Shown piece by piece: positions 60,001 through 64,000 of a DNA stretch of 64,000 bases (positions within the stretch are counted from its first letter, which is position 1; every line of letters begins with the position of its first letter). The translations under genes and the position numbers were made by a program. The DNA comes from an uncultured bacterium (GTDB lineage: Bacteria > SAR324 > NAC60-12), in NCBI GenBank assembly GCA_965662235.1, contig CBFIGY010000001.1:160001-224000 (forward strand). Reading direction: 5' to 3'. The notes beneath the pieces were generated by a model. The model saw only the letters and a list, made by a program, of their open reading frames with translations, was not told where the DNA came from and made no database searches.

Positions 60001-60908
60001 CGCTGGAGAACGTCATCTTCAAGTACCACTTTGAGCGGAACTTTGAGCGCAAGCCCTTCCAGGTGCCGTTGCCAATCTCCAAAAGCCTCAGCATTCCCCG
60101 GTCCCGGATCAAGCTGGCCTACAGCAAGGACAGCGGGCGCTGGAGCTTCAGTTCCATGATGAGCCGGAAGGACTCTGGCGGCAGCGGAGGCGACTCCACC
60201 TTGCCGATGTTCCACTCGCACCTTGCTGAAGGGCTCGCGCGGTGTGTGCTCAGCGGCTACATTGGTTTTGGAGGCCGGAACCTGACCTCGTTCGACAAGT
60301 CTGCCAGTATGTTCCGGAGCGAAACCGCCACGAACCCCATCACCGGGCAGGACCTGATGAACCTGGGACAGGAGATTGCGGACTTCTTTGGCAAGATGCA
60401 CGTTAAGTCCCGGGAGCTGCTGGAAAACGTACACTACATCCGGGATGTCTTCATTGCCTGCCACGTCAACCGCTTCAATACCCTTTCGCTGGTCGTCCGG
60501 GACAACCTTGCTGAACAGTTTGTCATCAGCTTCGACATCCGGGACATCAAGATTCCCAAGGTGCCTGCCAACCTGAAGATGGGGTTTGATGAGGAGCTGC
60601 CTCGGTTCTTCATGCGCCTCAACCACCGGCAGTGCCGCATGCTGCTCCTGAAGCACCTCGCCGCCCTCCGGATTCCGCTCTTGGCCGACCAGCCGCCACG
60701 GCTCCGGACGTGGGTCAACCCCGGAAAGTTCGACCTCCCGGTGGCGCCTAAATTCGCCATGGTCTACATCAACGGCATCGCCAACACGCTGCTTCCCGCC
60801 AACGGCATTGGCACCCGAGAGTTCCTCATTCCTCCCCCTTTGGCCACCACCTTTGACGAAATGGGACGCGAGGCCATCCGGCTTCATACCGAAGGCGTCT
60901 CGTCGTAA
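57072..60908 (+). CDS. Giant class I adenylate cyclase-like nucleotidyltransferase, paralog 2
   Basis: Same TTIGSLGGIGHKPDSDMDAQ motif and many identical peptide blocks with 18365-22171. Confidence 0.7.
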   Translation: MADTGNAARPQLDLQVEALTSLNAHIPCNPQGSSAASSLRSLLQELQKATFTDALKKSYSEDRLEKIRDYAHQEFAAMGRTNRLRMESLVGLASEDMHKTMFEALFLFDVNAEGNSLSVEEKTKNFDEDGKPVYKTHTYPVFFPQAPHGIDGVERFLPANVRHEEEGGIHHYLKETYPDLVGQFQQAADKPIKALTTIGSLGGIGHKPDSDMDAQIILDTYPDHPHCWNDGNFFVALIMRVVDDFYKTYWERILKPERRNELHDQACQVLLDQYADGLSPEEQRVIDLIFESSFRQESRKLMQEELKQLSGEEQSKLFRQQLAMTLRDFPDAEAFLPQLQKFFPFLKQPAAELQGQLFRFSLKQLTLDKVLLWLTQYYREQFLGTESTKQVLSQAGVEDAAEPQQRKALVEHIQGNPLVGELVVEFMHEIVSRISHDARSKIPEIVQILKSQFPGITEAIGGDFVQKLWARLDDGFREHMANLVEAFNDWEAKQKEVALEYPIHQKVYQAEAYLTQKYPSTEIHFFTNILRKQRAGQHTPFLVSPEGSMAYSLMLNDFLLNPATVLCGTMPMPFDLPREFKLFASVGMFPGEEWTLKQYLDASAPLPGEEPEAPEEGEGGAENAAPADPGEFETFTLQHLPNWGETSIPREKFLEHALPIFLRESEKVSHRNLPKALLNCWWLEMIVVLDTEDEPPTSLTRLLWNPDRRHFVRENIQGEITDALLDMEKKYPQLVLDPWWLKFTEMFSRFESYEQDEDRQDFSLSTLSMIQKQILFCFAQHLRLSDIINYENQGKAVWLDENANWRAHAMVDYYNYFFSNPRERQELIRFMQGRDDAGNRMEKLLKQLFLESMQRVEKKLCAIGKSNALQTITTQLQQLSKQEIDTEKATKFLNPLLALVNQRVSIEDRKVLLKVKNKQPLNKLEKLQATLIYEDHQKMKNVVMNIADYFKQFGVELDETWVRKAIIESRVRIAGDPLENVIFKYHFERNFERKPFQVPLPISKSLSIPRSRIKLAYSKDSGRWSFSSMMSRKDSGGSGGDSTLPMFHSHLAEGLARCVLSGYIGFGGRNLTSFDKSASMFRSETATNPITGQDLMNLGQEIADFFGKMHVKSRELLENVHYIRDVFIACHVNRFNTLSLVVRDNLAEQFVISFDIRDIKIPKVPANLKMGFDEELPRFFMRLNHRQCRMLLLKHLAALRIPLLADQPPRLRTWVNPGKFDLPVAPKFAMVYINGIANTLLPANGIGTREFLIPPPLATTFDEMGREAIRLHTEGVSS

Positions 60909-60984
60909 AAAAGCGTTTTCAATCGCTCGGTTTCAACGTATAGTGTCTCAAAGTAAAAATTCGTGTTTTAGCTTTTGAGGATGC

Positions 60985-62211
60985 ATGGCTAAAGAACTCT
61001 CTGAGAATAAGGAAACCCCTAACATTAATTTCCTGGAATACCAGCAGGAACTTTTCGGAATCGTGGACGATATCAAGGCGATGAGCAGTAAGTCCGCGTT
61101 CAAAAAAATGTTTGGCGGGAAGCGAGAAAACTCCCACGCCGATGGAAGTACGATTGCGTCCGTCGCCGAGGACAGCAAAGAAGTCGCCAAGCTGGCAGCC
61201 GACCTCCGCAAGGACCCGACCAACTCCATGGTCCGGGCTCAACTGGCCAATGCGGTTGCCAACCATAAAAAGGACCACAAGCTGGGAACCATGCGGGAGC
61301 TGATGCTTCAGGCGGCCATTCCGATCTACCTCGGGGACATCTCTCCGCCTCTGCTGCAGGTCTGCATCTTCATGTACCGGGCTTACCTAGAGAAGCTCCA
61401 GAACGTCCACAAGCAGAGCATGATGTCCATCCGCTCCTCCGTTCTGAAGAACGTCAACATGTCCGGAGTCGATGTCAGCGATGAGCAAGACGACGCCAAC
61501 GTCCGGAACACGGAAGCGATGATGATGGAAATCCGGGTTGCCGAAGCGCTGATGGAGCGCTGTGAGGAGGCCCTGCAGATCGTCAAGACCAAGCTTCAGG
61601 TCACCCTCTCCCGTCAGGAAATTGAAGACGTCACCGCAGAAGGAAAAGCGGCCGCGTCTTTCTTTGGTGGCGGTGGCGGAGACGATGACAAGGCTGCGAC
61701 CCAAAAGCAGAACATGATCATTGGCAAGAGCGTGCAGGTCATTGAGGCCATCAAGCAGGTGCCATTGCTGCAAGGAGCCGGACTGCAAATGGCTCAGCAG
61801 TTGGGACGCATCGACAACAAGCTCTCGTACCCACTGGTGATGGAAGGACGCCTGCACATGCAGGTGCTGCGCTACTTCCTGCTCCGGCTGGAGAACGGAG
61901 ATCGGAAGTCCCGAGACAACATGGCCCCCACCTACAACAAGGCCGTGGTTGCCTACCGGAAGGCCATGAAGCTGGTCTCCAAGTCCAACCCAAAGAAAGC
62001 CGACCTCCCGGTGCTAACGGAGTTTGCGAACGTCACTCACTACGGCTTTGTCCACCGGGACCTCATGCGTTTCACCAAAGATGGAGTGATGGCGCTGGTC
62101 AAGCTGGGGAAAGACGCCGTGGACGCCGCAGTCATGGTCGATGAAAGCTTCCAGCCCCTTCAGGGACGTCTGGAAAGCTCCCTGAATCAGCTCGAAAACT
62201 CACGTCGCTGA
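60985..62211 (+). CDS. Hypothetical all-helical cytoplasmic protein (408 aa)
   Basis: Long ORF with host-like codon use, GAGG RBS, own promoter-like region; no recognised motif. Confidence 0.8.
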   Translation: MAKELSENKETPNINFLEYQQELFGIVDDIKAMSSKSAFKKMFGGKRENSHADGSTIASVAEDSKEVAKLAADLRKDPTNSMVRAQLANAVANHKKDHKLGTMRELMLQAAIPIYLGDISPPLLQVCIFMYRAYLEKLQNVHKQSMMSIRSSVLKNVNMSGVDVSDEQDDANVRNTEAMMMEIRVAEALMERCEEALQIVKTKLQVTLSRQEIEDVTAEGKAAASFFGGGGGDDDKAATQKQNMIIGKSVQVIEAIKQVPLLQGAGLQMAQQLGRIDNKLSYPLVMEGRLHMQVLRYFLLRLENGDRKSRDNMAPTYNKAVVAYRKAMKLVSKSNPKKADLPVLTEFANVTHYGFVHRDLMRFTKDGVMALVKLGKDAVDAAVMVDESFQPLQGRLESSLNQLENSRR

Positions 62212-63156
62212 TTGCTCCCCTTTCTCCAGAAGCTCCACACGCACCTGCTGCGTTCCTGTGCGGAGCTCCGGAACCAGTCCCTTCTCCTCTGCGTCAGCGG
62301 CGGCTCGGATTCCATCGCGCTGCTGCACACCCTGCACCAGCTCCAGGGCCTCTGGGGCTGGTCCTTTCACGTCCTCCATTTTCACCATCACCTTCGTCCT
62401 GAAGCTGACGACGAGGCGGCGTTTGTCGCAGCACAGGCCACAGCCCTCGATCTCCCGTTTCACCTGTTTCACCACCATGACCTCCACGGCAGCAGCCTCC
62501 AGGCAAAGGCCCGGGCCTGGCGTCGGGACACGGCATTGGCCCTCCGGGAGCAGTTGGGCGGAGGCTGGATTGTCACAGCACACCACGCAGATGATCAGGT
62601 CGAGACGCTGCTCCTCAAGCTGCTCCGGGGGGTGCACCTTTCTGGCATTCGTGGAATGTCATGGATGGAAGAACCCTTTGCACGTCCGCTGCTCGGCTGT
62701 TCCAAGCAGGAGCTGCAGCAGTTTCTGATTCAGCAGCAGCTGACCTGGAAGGAAGACGCTTCCAACGCCAAGCCCGACTACCTGCGCAACCGCGTCCGGC
62801 ATGAACTGATTCCGCTCCTTGAAGAACTCACCCGTCACGGCTTAACCGAACGGCTCCAGGCTTTAGAAGCGCAGAGCGAACGGCTGCAGGAGTGGCTCGA
62901 AGCGGAGGAACAGCCCCTTCCTGAAGCGCCCGTCCTGACGTGGGCGCCCCTGAAGCATCAGGCCCGGCTTATTCAAGAGACGCACCTGCACCGCTTCCTG
63001 AAGCAGCACCTGCCACGGGTTCCAGATTATCGAGGGATTCAGGAGATTCGGGAGCAGCTGGAAACGCGGAACGCGTTCCGGCAGTCGCTCCCCTTGGGGT
63101 GGGAAGCCGAATGGGATGGGAGCGCCCTTCGGCTTCGTCAGATCAGTCGACCTTGA
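62212..63156 (+). CDS. tilS: tRNA(Ile)-lysidine synthetase (short form, TTG start)
   Basis: SGGSDS PP-loop, [35 protein letters not shown]. Confidence 0.93.
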   Translation: MLPFLQKLHTHLLRSCAELRNQSLLLCVSGGSDSIALLHTLHQLQGLWGWSFHVLHFHHHLRPEADDEAAFVAAQATALDLPFHLFHHHDLHGSSLQAKARAWRRDTALALREQLGGGWIVTAHHADDQVETLLLKLLRGVHLSGIRGMSWMEEPFARPLLGCSKQELQQFLIQQQLTWKEDASNAKPDYLRNRVRHELIPLLEELTRHGLTERLQALEAQSERLQEWLEAEEQPLPEAPVLTWAPLKHQARLIQETHLHRFLKQHLPRVPDYRGIQEIREQLETRNAFRQSLPLGWEAEWDGSALRLRQISRP

Positions 63157-63655
63157 TCAGTTCGACCTCAAACTCGAGGGTTGCGTTCGGAGGAATTGCA
63201 TTCCCGGCTCCTTGAGAACCGTAAGCCAACTCCGCGGGAATCATCACCCGCCACTTGTCGCCTTCCTTCATCATCTGCAGAGCCTCCGTCCAGCCAGGAA
63301 TCAACCCATTGACGGGAAAGGTCGCCGGCTTGCCCCGCTTGTACGATGAATCAAACTCGGTTCCATCCACCAGCAGGCCCCGGTAGTGCACCGTCACCCG
63401 ATCCGACAGGGTGGGAGAGCGCCCGTCTCCGGACTTCAGGACCTCATACTGGAGGCCGCTCTCAGTGGTGACCACGCCTTCCTTTTGCTGATTTTCCACC
63501 AGCATGTCCTTGTTTTTGGAAATGAACTGCTGCGCGGCTTCTTGATTCGCCATGCGCTTTTCCGGGTTGAACTTGTCTCCAATCATGGCTCGGAAGAAGA
63601 ATGCTCCGATTCCAATCATGATGATGACAGCGACTAGGGTTTGACTACGGTTCAT
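63143..63655 (-). CDS. FKBP-type peptidyl-prolyl isomerase with N-terminal membrane anchor
   Basis: [43 protein letters not shown]. Confidence 0.95.
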   Translation of the reverse strand: MNRSQTLVAVIIMIGIGAFFFRAMIGDKFNPEKRMANQEAAQQFISKNKDMLVENQQKEGVVTTESGLQYEVLKSGDGRSPTLSDRVTVHYRGLLVDGTEFDSSYKRGKPATFPVNGLIPGWTEALQMMKEGDKWRVMIPAELAYGSQGAGNAIPPNATLEFEVELIKVD

Positions 63656-63661
63656 CAGTCC

Positions 63662-64000
63662 TCACGGATTTCGGGTAAATTTTGAAAAATCGGGAGGTCG
63701 CTTTTCCACGTAGGCATTCCGTCCTTCCTGCCCCTCTTCTGTCATGTAAAACAACATGGTCGCGTTGCCCGCAAGCTCCTGGAGGCCCGCTTGACCGTCG
63801 CAGTCCGCATTGAGGGAGGCCTTGAGGCAGCGGAGGGCAATCGGTGACAGGCGCAGCATCTCACGGCACCAGGTGATGGTTTCCTCCTCAAGCTGCTCCA
63901 GCGGCACCACGGTGTTCACCAGTCCCATCTCCAGCGCCTGCTGAGCGTTGTACTGCCGGCACAGGAACCAGATCTCCCGGGCTTTTTTCTGCCCCACAAT
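63662..64000 (-). CDS. menB: 1,4-dihydroxy-2-naphthoyl-CoA synthase (C-terminal part)
   Basis: [46 protein letters not shown]. Confidence 0.96.
   Translation of the reverse strand: MVGQKKAREIWFLCRQYNAQQALEMGLVNTVVPLEQLEEETITWCREMLRLSPIALRCLKASLNADCDGQAGLQELAGNATMLFYMTEEGQEGRNAYVEKRPPDFSKFTRNP

Overview
Gene-dense, GC-rich (about 60% by eye) Gram-negative bacterial chromosome segment. The gene content suggests a deltaproteobacterium-like, possibly SAR324-type, organism; this is inference only. Left to right: a 2OG-Fe(II) oxygenase fragment and BMP-family binding protein leading into a complete urease cluster (ureABCEFGD); a GntR-UTRA regulator with mtnK and a sugar ABC importer; lolC/E, alaS and a stand-alone rpsD with a long structured leader; efp, a ~1270-aa class I adenylate-cyclase-like nucleotidyltransferase, epmA and marC; lnt, mgtE, pepA, nei, pepN, orphan gspM/gspN-like genes and mltG; a lone CoxL/xanthine dehydrogenase-family large subunit; a two-component and surface-protein island whose response regulator carries a ChiS-type DNA-binding domain; an Fe3+-binding protein, cysK and modABC; sigma54-preceded flgF-flgG-flgA and a rebuilt flgH with no flgI; a second ~1278-aa paralogous cyclase-like nucleotidyltransferase, a 408-aa unknown, tilS, an FKBP and partial menB. 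The strongest novelty candidate is the pair of giant, highly divergent class I cyclase-like NTases, each with a ~270-aa insert in the catalytic domain, one embedded in the EF-P modification operon. The palindrome TCCGGA is strongly over-represented. No rRNA, tRNA, CRISPR array or mobile element was recognised. All family assignments come from motif recognition by eye, not database searches.
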